Assembly: GCA_004431415.1 (NCBI GenBank) | Contig: QPMI01000564.1 | Coordinates: forward strand, 124,001 to 188,000 | Length of the DNA stretch: 64,000 nucleotides | Origin: Cyanophora paradoxa CCMP329 | Lineage: Eukaryota; Plantae; Glaucophyta | Reading direction: 5' to 3' | Shown: piece after piece, positions 47,578 through 60,700 of the stretch | Layout: the number at the start of each line of letters is the position of its first letter | Numbering within the stretch: the stretch's first letter is position 1 | Notes under the pieces: model-generated | What the model saw: the letters and a program-made list of their open reading frames with translations, nothing else | Database searches by the model: none | What the model was told of the DNA's origin: nothing | Translations under genes and position numbers: made by a program

Positions 47578-50500
47578 CTACTCCGCCATGGCCGCCGGCC
47601 CCGCGGCCGCGCCGGCGCCGGGGCCTTCGCCGGGGGCGGGGGCGACGGCCTCGCAGCGCCTGAGGGCCGCCACCAGGTCGTCTAGCCGCACCGGCTCTGC
47701 TCGGCCGGTCAGCCGCGGCCGGCCGGCGCCAGGGCGCGCGAGGCCCCGCTCGAGGGGCATCGATCGCCCTCAAGCTCCTAGACCTAGGAGAGGAGGCCGA
47801 GAAGGTGCGGGGCGGGGCCCGGGGGGCGGGCGGGCCGGGGGCGCACTGGAGAGGTAGTCGTGCATGCCGGCGGCGAGGCACTTCTCGCGGTCGCCCGCCA
47901 TCGCGCTCGCCGTCCTGCGCCGGCCCGGGGTCAGCGCGGGGCTGGCCCCGCCCGAGGCCCCCCCGAGCAGCCGGCGAGGCGCCCCCTCCCATCTATCACG
48001 CGCCGATCCGCCCGTTTATCTATCTTGGAGAGGGGTAGGGGCCCCGAGTCTGTCTGGGGGCGGGGGCGGGGGCGGACAGGGCGATCATGTAGGGGCGGCG
48101 CTCGGGGGGCAGCTCGGCGCAGATGCGCCGCGCCGCCGCCAGCCCATCCATCACTGAGGCGGGGGGGCGGGCCGTCAGAGGAGAGCGGGGGGGACCGGGG
48201 GAGGGGCGGGCGGCCGTGGCCGGACCGGGCATCATCACGTCGAGGAGGAGGCACTGGTAGGGGAGCGCCGAGGCGGCCCCCGCCCGCACCGCCGCCAGCG
48301 CCTGCCCCGCCCCGCCGCGTCGGCGTTGGAGCGAGAAGCCGCGCGCGCGCGCCTAACGAAGGCCGGCCCGGCGCGCGCGCACCTCGGCGCCGTTGGTGAC
48401 GGCGTCCACTCGGACGTACCCCTTCTTTCGGAGCATGAGCAGCAGGATCTTGGTGTTCACCTGAGCGCGGGGCGATCGCGAGGCGGGCTCGCAGGGGGCT
48501 CGCTTGGAGGGCGCGGGGGGGCGGGCGCGCGCACGTCGACGTCCTCGGCGATGAGGATGCGCAGGGTCGACTCCGGGACGGGCGCCTTCTCCGCCGCCGC
48601 CCCGCCCGTCCCGCGCCGCCGCCGCCGTCGGCGAGACGCGCGCCGGCGGCGTCGCCCTCGGGGCGAGGCCGGAGCCGGCCGGCCCGGCCGGCCCGGCGCA
48701 TTCGGGGCTCGAGGCGGGGCGGGCGGCGGGGCGGGCGAGGGCGGCTGCGACGGCGTCGACCGCCGCGCGTGGGAGGACGGGCTTCAAGACGACCTCCGCG
48801 CAGCCCTGGGCACGGGGTCCCGTGCGCGTCAACGGGGCGGAAGGGAGGGAGAGGTGCCAGAGCCCGCTAAAAATAGATGCTAGGGGGGTACCTGGAGGGC
48901 CTCGGTGAGGCCGGCGCCGCCGCGGGGCGCGAGGGCCACGCGGGGCACGCCCGCCAGCGCCCCCGGCACCTGTACCCCCGGTCGAAATCGGAGGAGAGCG
49001 CGGGGTGGGGGTGGGAAGTGGGGTGGGGGGGGGGGGGGGGGGGTAGGCGCACGAGGAAGCCCCCGTCGGGGCCGATGGGGAGGCCGGCCGTGTCCAGCAC
49101 GCAGCACTCGACCGCCGCCCCCACCTGCCCGCATCCGCCCCCACGCCGTCACAGGACGCCTCGTATTCTCATCGTCCGGGAGGGGGGGGCGGGGGAGAGA
49201 GAGAGAGAGAGACCTCGGCGTGGAGCTCGGGGAGGGCGAGGGCCTGGGCGCCGGCGCCCTCCAGCGCGTCCACCAGCAGCGCCTGCCGCGGCGACGGGCG
49301 GCGCGCCCCGTCGGTCAGAGTCGGAGACAAAGCGCACTCCCATCTCTGATTCGAACGCGAGGCTTCGCGTGGGGCGCACCCGGGTGGCGGGGGAGGGGCT
49401 CCAGACGGCGACGCGGCGGCCGGCGAGGGGCGGGCGCCGGGGCGGCGAGGGCGGGGCGAGGGCGGGGGGCGGGCCGGGGGGGCCCCCGGCGGGGCCCAGG
49501 CCGAGGGCGTCGAGGGGCAGGGTGACGATGAAGGCGGAGCCGCGCCCGAGCTCGCTCTCCACGCTGAGGTCGCCCCCGAGCAGCACCGCCAGCTTCCGCG
49601 AGATGAAGAGCCCCAGCCTGCCGCCGCGTGAGGGAAATCAAACAGGAGGAGGGGAGGGAGGGAGGGATGGGCGGACCCGGTGCCGCTGTACTGGCGCGAG
49701 TTGCCCGAGTCGACCTGGCGGAGCAATGAGGTTGAGCTAGATCGAACCTTGCGCAGCGTCTTCGTCTGTCAGGAGCGACAGCACCTGGTAGAACCAAGAG
49801 AAGAGCTTGGACTGGTTATCCGGGGAGATCCCGATCCCCGTGTCCCGGATCACGATGCGCAGCGCCGCCCCCGCCACCTCCGCCGTCACAGAGACCTGCG
49901 GAAAGCCTCAGCTGGAGGGACTCAGGGCGGTGGACGCCTCGCGCCTCGCCCTTGGAGGTGAACTTGATCCCGTTGCCGATGAGGTTGACCAGGACCTGGT
50001 TGAGGCGCGCCCCATCCGTCTCCAGCACCGCCGGGCACCCGCGCGACACGTGCCTGCGGGGCGGCGTCAAGAGGGGCGATAAGCAAGGGCGGGCGGAGGC
50101 GGGCCAGGTGAGGTCGATGCCCTTCTGGACGGCCGACGGGAACATGAGCTCCACCGTCTGCGCGCCCGCACCCGCCGCCCCCGCGGTCAGGCCCTGACGC
50201 CCCCCGTCCGCTGCCCCCGCACGCGGGCCCGGCCCCGCGAGCCCGCCTCCGCCCCCGCCGAGGCTGCCCCGCCCAGGCGCACGCGCTCGACGGCGTCGAC
50301 GAGGTCCACCGGCGCCCGGCAGATCTCCACTGCGCCCGCGCCCGCCTCAGGCAGGGGAGCAGAGCGGGGGCCGAGCTAGAGCGAATTCTACGAATTTCCT
50401 TCCGGGGCGGGGCAGGGCGGTTCGGGGCGGGAGGGGCGGGTGCTCGGCCCACCCTTGTTGAACTCGATGCGCGAGGTGTCCAGTCTGCGCGCGGGGCGCC

Positions 50501-53500
50501 CCCGGCGGTGCCGCGCCGTGAGCTCCCGGGGAGGGCGGGGCCGGCGGGCTGGGGCGCGGGGCGCACATGTCCTTGAGGATGTTGAGAAGGGCAACGGAGG
50601 AGCTCTGGGGAAGGGGTGAGGAGAGCCGGGCGTTAGATGGCGGGGTCGGAGCCGGCTGCCCGGCTGCCCGGCTGCTGGCGGGGCGGGGGCGAACGTGGAT
50701 GACGGTAGAGAAGTCGCGCTGCTGGGGGGTCAGCTCCGTATCCAGCAGGAACTCGCTCATGTTGCACAGCGCGTTCAGCGGCGTCCTGCACGCGGCGCCA
50801 CCGGTCGGACGCGCCGCTTCCTGCGGTGCGCGCCGGCGCGCGGCTCTCGGCCGCACCGGATCTCGTGGGAGACCATTGCGAGGAACTGGCTCTTGGCGGT
50901 GCTCGCAGCGTCCGCCTCCCGCCGGGCCTCCTCCAGCGCCACGTTCTATCGTAAGAGTGACAAGCTTAAAGGAAGATACGATGCATTGCGGGTCGCCTCT
51001 GACCTGCTTGGCGAGGAGCTCGCGCTGCTCGGTCTCCTTGCTGAGGAGGCGCGACTGCATGATGGCGGCGCCGATCTGCGGACGGCCGCGCCGCGCCTCG
51101 CAACTCAGAAGAGAGCCGCGCGGGGGGGGGGGGGGGGGGGGGGGGGGGGGCGCGGTCGCGCGCGCGCGCTCGCTCGCGCCTGGTCGGAGACGGTGTGGAG
51201 GAGGCTCAGCTCGTCCTCCTCCCAGCGCCGCGCCCAGTCCAGCTGGCACACCGTCACCAGCGAGTTCGCGCTGCGAGGCGGCGGCGGCGCCGGGGGCGAG
51301 TTAGGCTTGCTTGCGCGGCGGAGATCTGCGGAGGGTGGCGGGTCCCGGGCGCCCCGGGCCGGGTTCACGGATCTAGATGTAGAGGATTGTTTTTTTCTGG
51401 GTCGTCAAAGCGGGGTGGGATCCCTCGGAGGACGGAAGGCGGGGCGCCGGGCCAGCGGGCCGCACCTGCCGCGGAAGCAGGCGAAGACGAAGCAGATGGA
51501 CTGGATGCCGAGGCCGAGCAGCATGTCCCGCACGGGCCCCCGGTGGGCCTCCGGGATCGGCGCCCACTCCGGCGAGCCCGCCTGCTCCGAGGGTGAGGCG
51601 GAGAGGGGCGGGAACTGTGAGGCGGCGCGGTGCGGGGCGCGCGTCGTGGAGGTCGGTGATTGCGAAGACGCGCTTCTTGCCTGCGCGGGGCGGCGCGGGG
51701 CGGCGCGGTCGCCCAAAGCAGGCCGAGGCCGGGCCGGGCCGGGGCGCGCGCGCGCGCACTCGCGATCTCGCGGAAGATGGGGCAGAGCGTCTCGAACGAC
51801 GCGGCGGCCGCGGCTGCGGCGGGGCGCGGCGGGGCGCGGCGCGATCAGCGCTGCGGTCCATCCCGAGAGACTCGAAGGGAGGAAAGGGGCGAGGGCTGGG
51901 AGGGCCGGGCACCGACGACGGGGGCGTCGAGGCGGGGGGCGCCGGGGAGGCCCGGGTCGACGTCGACGGCGGAGAGATCCGCCTGCTCCAGGCTCCACAC
52001 CCCCACCCGCGACGCCCGCAGCGCCTCCCGCACCTGCCGCCCGGCCGGCGGCGGTGAGCGGCGGGGGCGGGGGCGGGGGCGGGGCGGCGCGGACGAGGCG
52101 GGCGGAGCGGTGGAAGACCTCCGTCACGCCGAGCACCTGGTGGATCTGCGCGAGGCGGGGGGCGCCTCAGACGCCCCGGCGGCCTCTGCCGAGGCGCGCG
52201 GACAGACCTCGCGTGTCATCTGTCGTGCAGGGCGAAGGGACGAACGAAAGGGAAGGAAGAGTGAGCCGCGTCACGGGGGCGGGCGGGCGCGGGGAGAGGC
52301 CGCCCAGGCGCCTCCAGCGCCCGCTCACCGCCCCGAGGAGGCCCGAGTGCATGAGCCTGGCGGGGCGGGGCGGGGCGGGGGCGTCGCGGTCCGGTCAGAG
52401 CGCTGTCGCAAGCGGGGTCCGCCTCCGGCGGGGGCGCTGCGCACTGGCGCTCGAGCTGGGCGGCGTGCTCGCGCTGCTGCTGCAGCAGCCGCCCGTGCGC
52501 GATTGCCTGCCGGCGTGCGGGGGGCAGGGGCGCCGGTGAGGCGGGGGCGGGCGGGGCGGGGCGGGGGGCGCGCCACGGCGACGTGGTCGGCGACGTGGCG
52601 GAGGAGGCGGCGCTCGTCGGGGCCCCACGCCGCCTCCCCCTCCACCATCTCCACTGCGCCCCGCCGCCCCCTCAGCCGCCCCCGCCCGTGCCGGCGCGGG
52701 GGGGCGGGGAGCCGGGCGGCACCGACGAGGAGGCCCTGGACCTGCCCCCGGAAGAGGGCCGGCGTGGACATGCTGGAGCGGGAGGCGGCCGCCTGGACCT
52801 TGCGGCGCACGTCCTCGCGCCACCCGAAGGCCTCCCGCGCCATCGTCTGCACGTCCCCGATGTGCAGCACCTGGTCTGCCCCTCCCCGGCCCCGCACGCG
52901 CCCCCCGTGAGGACGGCGCTGCCGAGGGGGCCGACGGCCGCCCCGGCGCACCGGGGCAGCTATTGAGCATGTGCCACCACTTCTTCGTCGCCTCGGCGTC
53001 GTAGCCCTCGAGCTCCTGCGGCGCGGTGCGCGCGAGGCGTCGCGACCCCAAGCGCCGGCGCCCTCGCTCGGACGGCGAGCTCGAGGGAATCGCGGACCTT
53101 GCAGATGCCGGGATGGCGGACCCAGACGACCTGGGGCGGGGTCAGGGGGCGGCGGGGCGGGGCGCGGCGGGGTGGGGGGGATGGGCCTCGGGGGGCTTGA
53201 TGGCGGCCTCGTACGAGTCGTCGAAGTACTCCCAGAGGGAGCAGCGGTCCACCTCGAAGGCCTTCCCCACCAGCTCCACCCTGCCCGCGGGCCCCGCCCG
53301 TCAGCGCCGCCGCGCTGAGGGGAGCCGGGGCCGGGGCGCGGAGCGGACGAGCGGCGGTAGATCTTCTCGATGGAGCCGTCGACCTCCTGGCTGATCTCCC
53401 GCACGATCCCCGCAAGCAGCCCCGAGTTCCGCACCTGCCGACCCCCGCGCCGCGCCCGAGCCGCGCCTGTCAGCCCCCGCGCCCTGCGAGGGAGGAAGGG

Positions 53501-56102
53501 GGGGAGCTGGGAGGCCAGGGGGCCGGCCCGCTCGCCTCGCGCTGGAGGTCGCGGTTCTGCGCCGCGATCTGCTCCCGCAGCGCCGACTGCCCAAGCGCCT
53601 GCCCCGCGGTCAGGAGCTCGGCCGTCGGCGGGCGGGCGCGCAGGGGGCGCCGGCGCGCACGACAGCGATCTGGTCGGCGATGAGGCGCATGAAGCGCGTG
53701 TCCTCCGCGCCCCACTGCGCCACCTGAAGCCCCGGCCCGCTCAGATTCGGGGGGGTGGGGGGGGACGTGGGATGGGGGGGGGGAAGGAAGGGAGGGGTAG
53801 GGCGTGCCTTGTCGGTGGCCTCGACGATGAGGAGGGCGCTGACGGCGCCGTCGCGCTTGGAGGCGGCGCACATGCAGGAGAGGGCCGTGGCAAACTCGCG
53901 GAAGTCCGGGTGCAGCGCCTCCAGCCCGTGGCGCACGTACACCCCGTCTGCGTACCCCCTCAGCGGAGCGAGGCCTTCGGGCGGGGCGGAGGGGCGGGGG
54001 GGCGGACCGCGGGAGGCGTCGCAGGCCTGGAGGGTCATGTCGACGAGGTACGAGTCCATGGAGATGACCTCGTCCGCGTGCGGCGTCCCTGGCACCGCGT
54101 ACCGCGCCCTGCGAAGGGTGATTGGTGAGGCGGAAAGAGAGGGGGGGGGAGAGAGGGGAGGGGGGGGATGGACCTCGGGGACCCGCCGTGCTCGCGCGCG
54201 ATGTCGAAGAGGTAGGCGCGCGTCGCGTCGAAGAGCCCGCACAGCAGCTCCGCGCAGCAGTCGAACGCCTGCCCCGACTTAAGGGAGGAAAGGGAAGGGC
54301 GGGGGGGGGGGGGGGAGGGGAAGCGGACCGCCTGGACGCCCGAGCAGGCGCTGAGCTCGTTGGAGAGGCGGCGGATGAGGTCCCGCTCGCGGAGCTGCCG
54401 CTGCGGGGTGGCCGGGCGCGCCAGCTTCAGCGGCGGCGGGCGGGGCGAGGGCGGGGCGGGGCGGGGGCGGCACCTGCAGCGCGGCGTGCTGCGCGTCGAA
54501 GTCCCGGTGCGAGCACTCCCCGGCGCTGGACGCCGCAGGGGCCCCTGCTCCTGCTCCCTCCCGCCTCAGCTCGACCGATGGGGGCGCAAGGGGAGGCGCA
54601 CCGGCGGCCGCCGGGGGAGAGGCGGGCGCTCGAGAGCCGGCCGGAGCGCCCAGGCGCACGAAGCGAGGGTGTCGGCGTCGCTCGCGTCCCAGGGCCGAGC
54701 GCGCCGGCACGCGACGAGCGCGCCGACGAGGCGCCCGCCGGCCACGATCGGCTCCGCCACGACCGCCGCGCCGTCGGCGGCGGCCACGGAGAGGGACCGG
54801 CGGGCGGCGAGCTCGGGGAGCATCTGCGCCCCGGCGTGAGAAGCCCTCCAGACAGGCCCCAAAGGACGCACCGCGTCGGAGAGCTCGGCGGGGAGGGCTC
54901 GCGCGTCGGCCGGCGCCGCCCCGCGTACGCACCAGCCGCCGCCGCCGCTGCCGCTTCCGCACGACTCCAACACAAGGCAACTGCGCGCGCGGGGCGCGGC
55001 GAATTCGGTCCGGCTGCCGGCGAGAGGAAAGGGCGCGCGCGGAAAGGGCGCACCGGTCGGCGGCGAGGGCGGCGCGGGCGGCCTCGGCGGTGCCGTCGAA
55101 GCGGGAGGGATCCGCGGCGTTCCGCACGCGCCGCGCGATCGCCTCCACGGGGCAGCTCGCCGCCGCTGCCGCCGCCGCTCAGCGCCGCCGCGCCGCGGCA
55201 GGGGCCGCCGGCGCACCCGCGAGGCCCGTGGCGACGAGGCGCGCCGCCTCAGCCAGCGCCCCGCGCGCCGCGGCGGAGGGCTCCCCGGCCCCGGGGACCA
55301 GCTGCACCTGCCGGCCGCCGGCGAGGGCGTGGGCGAAGGCGAAGGCGCCGGGTTACGAGGAGAGGGAGGCGGGGGTACGCACGGCGATGACGGCGGGGGG
55401 GGCCGGATCCGAGCCGGCGCCGTCCGCGGGACTGGTGGGGTACAGGTACCAGCGGGATCCGGGGGGGCCGGCGGGGGCGCCGAGGTCGAAGGGGAGCGCC
55501 TCGCCGGACGCGAGGAGCTGGGGGATGGCAGGGTCCAGGGCGGCGGCGGCGCCGGCCGGGAGGCAGGCCTCGGGACCGGCGGGGGACGCCGAGGCGACGA
55601 GGGCGCTGCGCGGGCCCGGGCCGTCCGCCGGCGCCGGGCCGCCCGAAACGGCGAAGAGCGCCACGGGCGCGTCGAGGGCGGAGGCGAGCAGGCGGGCCGC
55701 CGCCTGGGGGAACGAGGCTGGCCGCGCGAGCGCGCCGAGGAGCTGCTCGGCCAGCGCGCCCGCCGGCTCGCCGGCGGCGGCGGCGGCGCGAGCGTGCGCC
55801 CAGGAACGGCGCCGGCGTGCGCGGTCCGGGGCGCTCCGGTCGAGGTCGGGCGAGGCGGGGGCGTCGACGCGCAGGTCCCGGATGAGAACCGGGAGGTCCT
55901 GCACGTGCATAGGCATGCGTCTGTCGACGGCGTCCGCCGGGCTGACGCTGTCGCTGTGGCTGGCCATGGACGAAGAGCGCTCGCGTTTGCAGTTCATGCT
56001 AACCTTGTGCGCGCGGGCCGCGGGGCTGCGGCCGCGGGACACTCGCTCGCCGCCGACGCTCGCCGCCCCCGACTGCAGGGAGCGCGGCGGGCTCCCCGGC
56101 AT
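47578..56102 (-). CDS. soluble multi-GAF hybrid histidine kinase (about 5 GAF, HisKA, HATPase, degenerate receiver, receiver)
   Basis: H-box AKSQFLAMVSHEI|RTPLNA; N-box RLNQVLVNLIGNGIKFT; G1 IRDTGIGI; G2 YSGT|GLGLFISRKL; receiver LRILIAED...LLDVMMP|VMDG...TASAMAGDREKCLAAGMHDYL; GAF ends such as WGAEDTRFMRLIADQIAV and WEEDELSLLHTVSDQ|IGAAI. Start could be 56102, 55997 or a later Met. Confidence 0.93.
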
Positions 56103-56531
56103 CTAATATATATATAATTATAAGATTGCAATCACGTGCAGAAGAAGAGTTCTGCAGCGTGTACGCCTCCGGGTGGGCGCCCAACGAGTCGACCAGTCGG
56201 TGATCTCCTGTGATTGCGATGATAACGGCCGTCGACGTCGGCGGGCGCGCCGAAGGCGACGAATTCGAAACGGGGCGACGTCGGCCTCGAGCTCCACCGT
56301 ACCTCGGTTGCTGGCCTCAACGCTGTGAACTTCGGCGACGGACTTCGTTGCAGACGCGCGAGCCGCCGAACTTCGAACTAACGCTCGCCCCCGGCCCGGC
56401 CCGCCCCGCGCCTGCGCGACGTGGGCCTCACGCTACTCTAGATCTGCTGTTAAACGTTGCTGCTGCTGATCAGCGGCTGCTGCTGCTCGCGGCCGCCGCC
56501 GCCGACGCTGCTCACCGCCTCCTTCAGGCTA

Positions 56532-56793
56532 CCGTGTGGCACTATAATACCGCGGCCACTTAATTACCGCGGTACCAAATTACCGCGCCAAGAATTTGTA
56601 AAAACGCGGTAATTTGGTGCCGCGGTAATAAGCTGCAGCCAAGTTGCTCCATACAGTACCCCCCACAATTACCGCCCCATACAAGCCTCCAGTTTTTTAA
56701 AACGCGGTAATTTGGTACCGCGGTATTTTGGCCACCCTCGGGTCGGAGTTTCTAACGCGGTAATTTATGCCGCGGTAATTTAGTGCCACACGG
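56532..56793. mobile_element. pogo/Tc1-mariner-like MITE
   Basis: TA|CCGTGTGGCACTA...TAGTGCCACACGG|TA with many internal TTACCGCG/CGCGGTAA repeats. Confidence 0.87.
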
Positions 56794-57740
56794 TAGTTGA
56801 AGCCTTGTGTGCACGTGGGCCGGGCCGCGGGGGGCTCCGAGGCTCGCGCGCAGGCATGCGCACTGCCGCAGTGCGGCCCTTAGTCTGCGGGCAGTCTGCG
56901 CCGACTCTGCGGCAGGCTGCCGGCAGCTCGGTTATAATTATCCCACGTACCGGTACGCCGCGGTACGCGTGCAGCTGCAGCTGCAGATATGGAGAACTCG
57001 AAGGAAGAGATGCGGGACGGACAGCGGGGCAAAGAGTCTCTGGTGCCGGCGCCGGCGCCAGCCGCGGCGGATCCGGATCGATCTCTGGAGCTGGACGAGA
57101 GCGCCACCAAGGCGTTGCAGGAGCTGGAGGAGGAGCAATGTGTGCGATATTGGAAGGGGAAGTCTGGTTGGCAGCGTTGTCTGCAGGTGCGCTTGCATTG
57201 AAGCCTTAAGCTTATTCACGGCTTTTCAAGTTTGTTCGGAGGCCTAGGCCGGCTTATCCACCCCCGCGCGCAGATCCCTCTCGTCGGCGTGTTCTTTCAG
57301 GTTCGCCACATGCCCGGGCTATACAGCCTACAGACAACAGTCACTGAGAACAGGCTGTACAGCTGTCAAGTTCCCGCTCATGATCAAGACTGCAAATTTG
57401 CTGGAAGTTAGCCGGAAAAAACTACTTGTTGTGCCGGTACCCCCGCCTGAATAGGCTTTCGGCGCCCGAGCCTGCAGCGCTATAATGTTGAATGGCTTAA
57501 ATTGCCGTGGACTTAAATTGCCGAATTCTCAAAACCGGAATTGCCGTCACACACACGTACAATCCCGTGGCGATAAATTGCCGAATTCAGACGTTCGTTC
57601 TATGGCGGCCTAAGAAAATCCCTACCCCCGACAACATTGCCGCAACATTGCACGACAAAATAAAGCGACGGCTAAAAAAGCCATCCGGATCCTACAGTAG
57701 CTGAGTAATGGCTGACCGCATCGAACTGCAACCGCGCGCT

Positions 57741-60700
57741 TGTTCCGTGTGGAAATGATACCCGTGTGGAAATCACTTTTCCACACCAGGCCTCGTGTTG
57801 TTTTGATCATCCATGTGTCCTGGTGTGCCGGCTGTGCCGCGGCCCATGAGTCACACGAGATCTGGCCAATGGGCGCGCACATCGATTCGATGTGCCGGCG
57901 CAAGCTGCCATGGGCCAGGCACGGCTAGCTAGCCTAGTAGCGCTCTAGCTAGGGCGCTCCTAGCTAGCCGCGCGGGCTAGCAGCCGCTATCTAGCCTCGA
58001 GCTCGGCCCTGTGCGCGAGCCAGGGAGCGCTCGCAGCCCGGAAGCAGCTACGTATACAGGCAGCGCGGGCGCTCTAGATAGGACAGCGCAGCAGGCTCGC
58101 TAGCTCGCGCGAGCCTCGCAGCGGCGGGGCGCCCCGCAGCGCCGGCCCCCCCCCCCCCCCCCCCCCCCCCCCCGCCGCCCCCGAACACCCCCCGCCGCCC
58201 CCGGCATATGCATGCCCTGCAACTGTCCATGGGCCGGGCCCCGGCACGCCCGCGGCCCCGGCGGCCCCTGCCACTGGGAGTCGGATTCCTATTACACCCT
58301 CGGTGTTGACTATTGCATGGCCAGCTGCAGCTGCAGCCCGCTGGCGCCAGGTGCTCATGATCATGATAAAGCAGGCCGGCAGCAGGCCCCGGCCCTGGGC
58401 GCCGTGGCGCGCCCGGCGGGCCCGGGCCCGCGGCCCCCCGTCCATCCGCAGGCCTAGGGGGGGCTGCCGCCCCGCACCCCCCCCGCCCCGCCCCTCCCCA
58501 TGGCCAGCCCAGATTGATCCCGCCTCGGCCCTTGCCCCGGCCCGCCTCCCCCCCCCCCCCCCCCTCCCCCCGCCTCATATCGATCCCGCCCCGGTCCCTA
58601 TGGGCTATGGGCCGCTGAGGGCGAGCCCCGGCCCCATATAGACCTGTCTGCCCCAGGGCTGTAGGCTGTCCCGGGCCCCTAGGCCTGCCGCTGCCCCAGC
58701 TGCAGGTCCGTGGCTTGTCGCTGAGATATAGACGTGGATTTGATCATGAGAAGCTTCATATTTGCTTTGTTCCCCACATGTTTGAGTGGCAATATTAATA
58801 TTACCACATCGGGCACATGTACATCGCCGCGCGCGATCGCGCTCAGGAATGACACGTAGGGGACACGCTAGAACACGACATAGCGGGGCGGGGCACATCG
58901 GGACATGGCGGTGGGGCATGATTGGTCACGTCGGGGCACGTTGGGGCACGGCGGCGGGTTATGGTGGGGCACGTTGGGGCACGGCCGCAATTATTTCTGA
59001 AATCTCGTTCCAACAAGCGATGCCCAGTGAGTGAGTGATATATGAGGCTTGTTTAAGCCTTTATATACCAATGTACATGATGTTGTTCAGTGGTAATCAT
59101 TGAATGGAGTCGCCCACCGAGGTCAGTTTTCATGATGACAGATTTGGGTGACACTCAGTTGTCAGGTTTGACAGCTTGTCAGACATTTCGGCGGGCTCTT
59201 ACGGGTTAGGTTACTTTGCAAGTCCCGAACTTTTTATATATCCTGAAAGCCCTTTTCATTGTCGTTCTTGTGATGTAATTTGATTAAATAGATCTGAATT
59301 CCATCAAAAGATATTCAGTTCGAAAAGAAACTAATGTGGATGGCACATGGTGCCCTGGTCTCGCTCTTGCCATCCCCCTAGGGCCCGAGAACCCCGGCTC
59401 ATCTTATAGATTATGAATCCATGTATAATAAATGTTGTTTCCCAGTGCTCCGACGCAGGCGCGGGGCCCGCCCTGGGGAGAACGGGTGCGGTTCCGCGGG
59501 CCCATCCCCTCATGTGCCCCCCCCACTCCGTCGAGGCCGGCCTTGTGTCTCACGCGCGGCGCCCCCAGCTCATCTTGTACATTATGAATCCATGTATAAT
59601 AAATGTTGTTTCCCAGTGCTCCGACGCAGGCGCGGGGCCCGCCCTGGGGAGAACGGGCGCGGTTCCGCGGGCCCATCCCCTCATGTGCCCCCCCCCCACT
59701 CCGTCGAGGCCGGCCTTGTGTCTCACGCGCGGCACCCTCAGCTCATCTTGTACATTATGAATCCATGTATAATAAATGTTGTTTCCCAGTGCTCCGACGC
59801 AGGCGCGGGGCCCGCCCTGGGGAGAACGGGTGCGGTTCCGCGGGCCCATCCCCTCATGTGCCCCCCCCACTCCGTCGAGGCCGGCCTTGTGTCTCACGCG
59901 CGGCGCCCCCAGCTCATCTTATACATTGCGAATCCATGTATAATAAATGTTGTTTCCCAGTGCTCCGACGCAGGCGCGGGGCCCGCCCTGGGGAGAACGG
60001 GTGCGGTTCCGCGGGCCCATCCCCTCATGTGCCCCCCCCACTCCGTCGAGGCCGGCCTTGTGTCTCACGCGCGGCACCCCCAGCTCATCTTATACATTAT
60101 GAATCCATGTATAATAAATGTTGTTTCCCAGTGCTCCGACGCAGGCGCGGGGCCCGCCCTGGGGAGAACGGGCGCGGTTCCGCGGGCCCATCCCCTCATG
60201 TGCCCCCCCCACTCCGTCGAGGCCGGCCTTGTGTCTCACGCGCGGCGCCCCGAGCTCATCTTATACATTGCGAATCCATGTATAATGCATGCTGTCGCGG
60301 CCTCGCCGGGCCGGCCCGGGCCCGCTTGGCGCAGCAGCCCGCCCTGGGGGGGGACGGGGCCGGGGGCCGCAGGGCACGCCACGGCCGGGCCCCCGGGAAG
60401 ACAGGGGCCGGGGGGGCCGGGGGGCGTGCCGGGGCCCAGGGCGTACACGTGCCGGGCGGCGGCGGGGGATGCATATGGGTGGGGCCAGCGCCCAGGGCGT
60501 GGCAGGCGGCGGCGGGGGGTGCATATGGATGGGGGGCCGGGGGTGCAGGGGCCGGGGGGCCGCGGGACATGCCGGGCCGGGTCCCAGGGCCGCGGGCGTG
60601 CCGGGCGGCGGCCCGCGGCAGGGGGTGGGTGGGGCCCGGCCGGCGCTGCCGCAGTGCGGGCTGCACGCACAGCTGGTGGGGTGCAGGGGCCGGGGGGCGC

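Noticed and set aside
51180-55750. Phytochrome or cyanobacteriochrome call for the GAF kinase
   Set aside because: No PAS-GAF-PHY layout, DIP/DXCF motif or chromophore Cys-His seen.
56989-57201. 70-aa ORF MENSKEEM...
   Set aside because: Plausible first exon, but no supportable continuation or motif, and it lies between transposons.
57495-57692. AATTGCCG repeat cluster ending GGATCC, like a transposon end
   Set aside because: No convincing partner end or target-site duplication found in the window.
59396-60286. Regular array as CRISPR or a guide-RNA array
   Set aside because: Whole units are near-identical with no variable spacers; it is a satellite.
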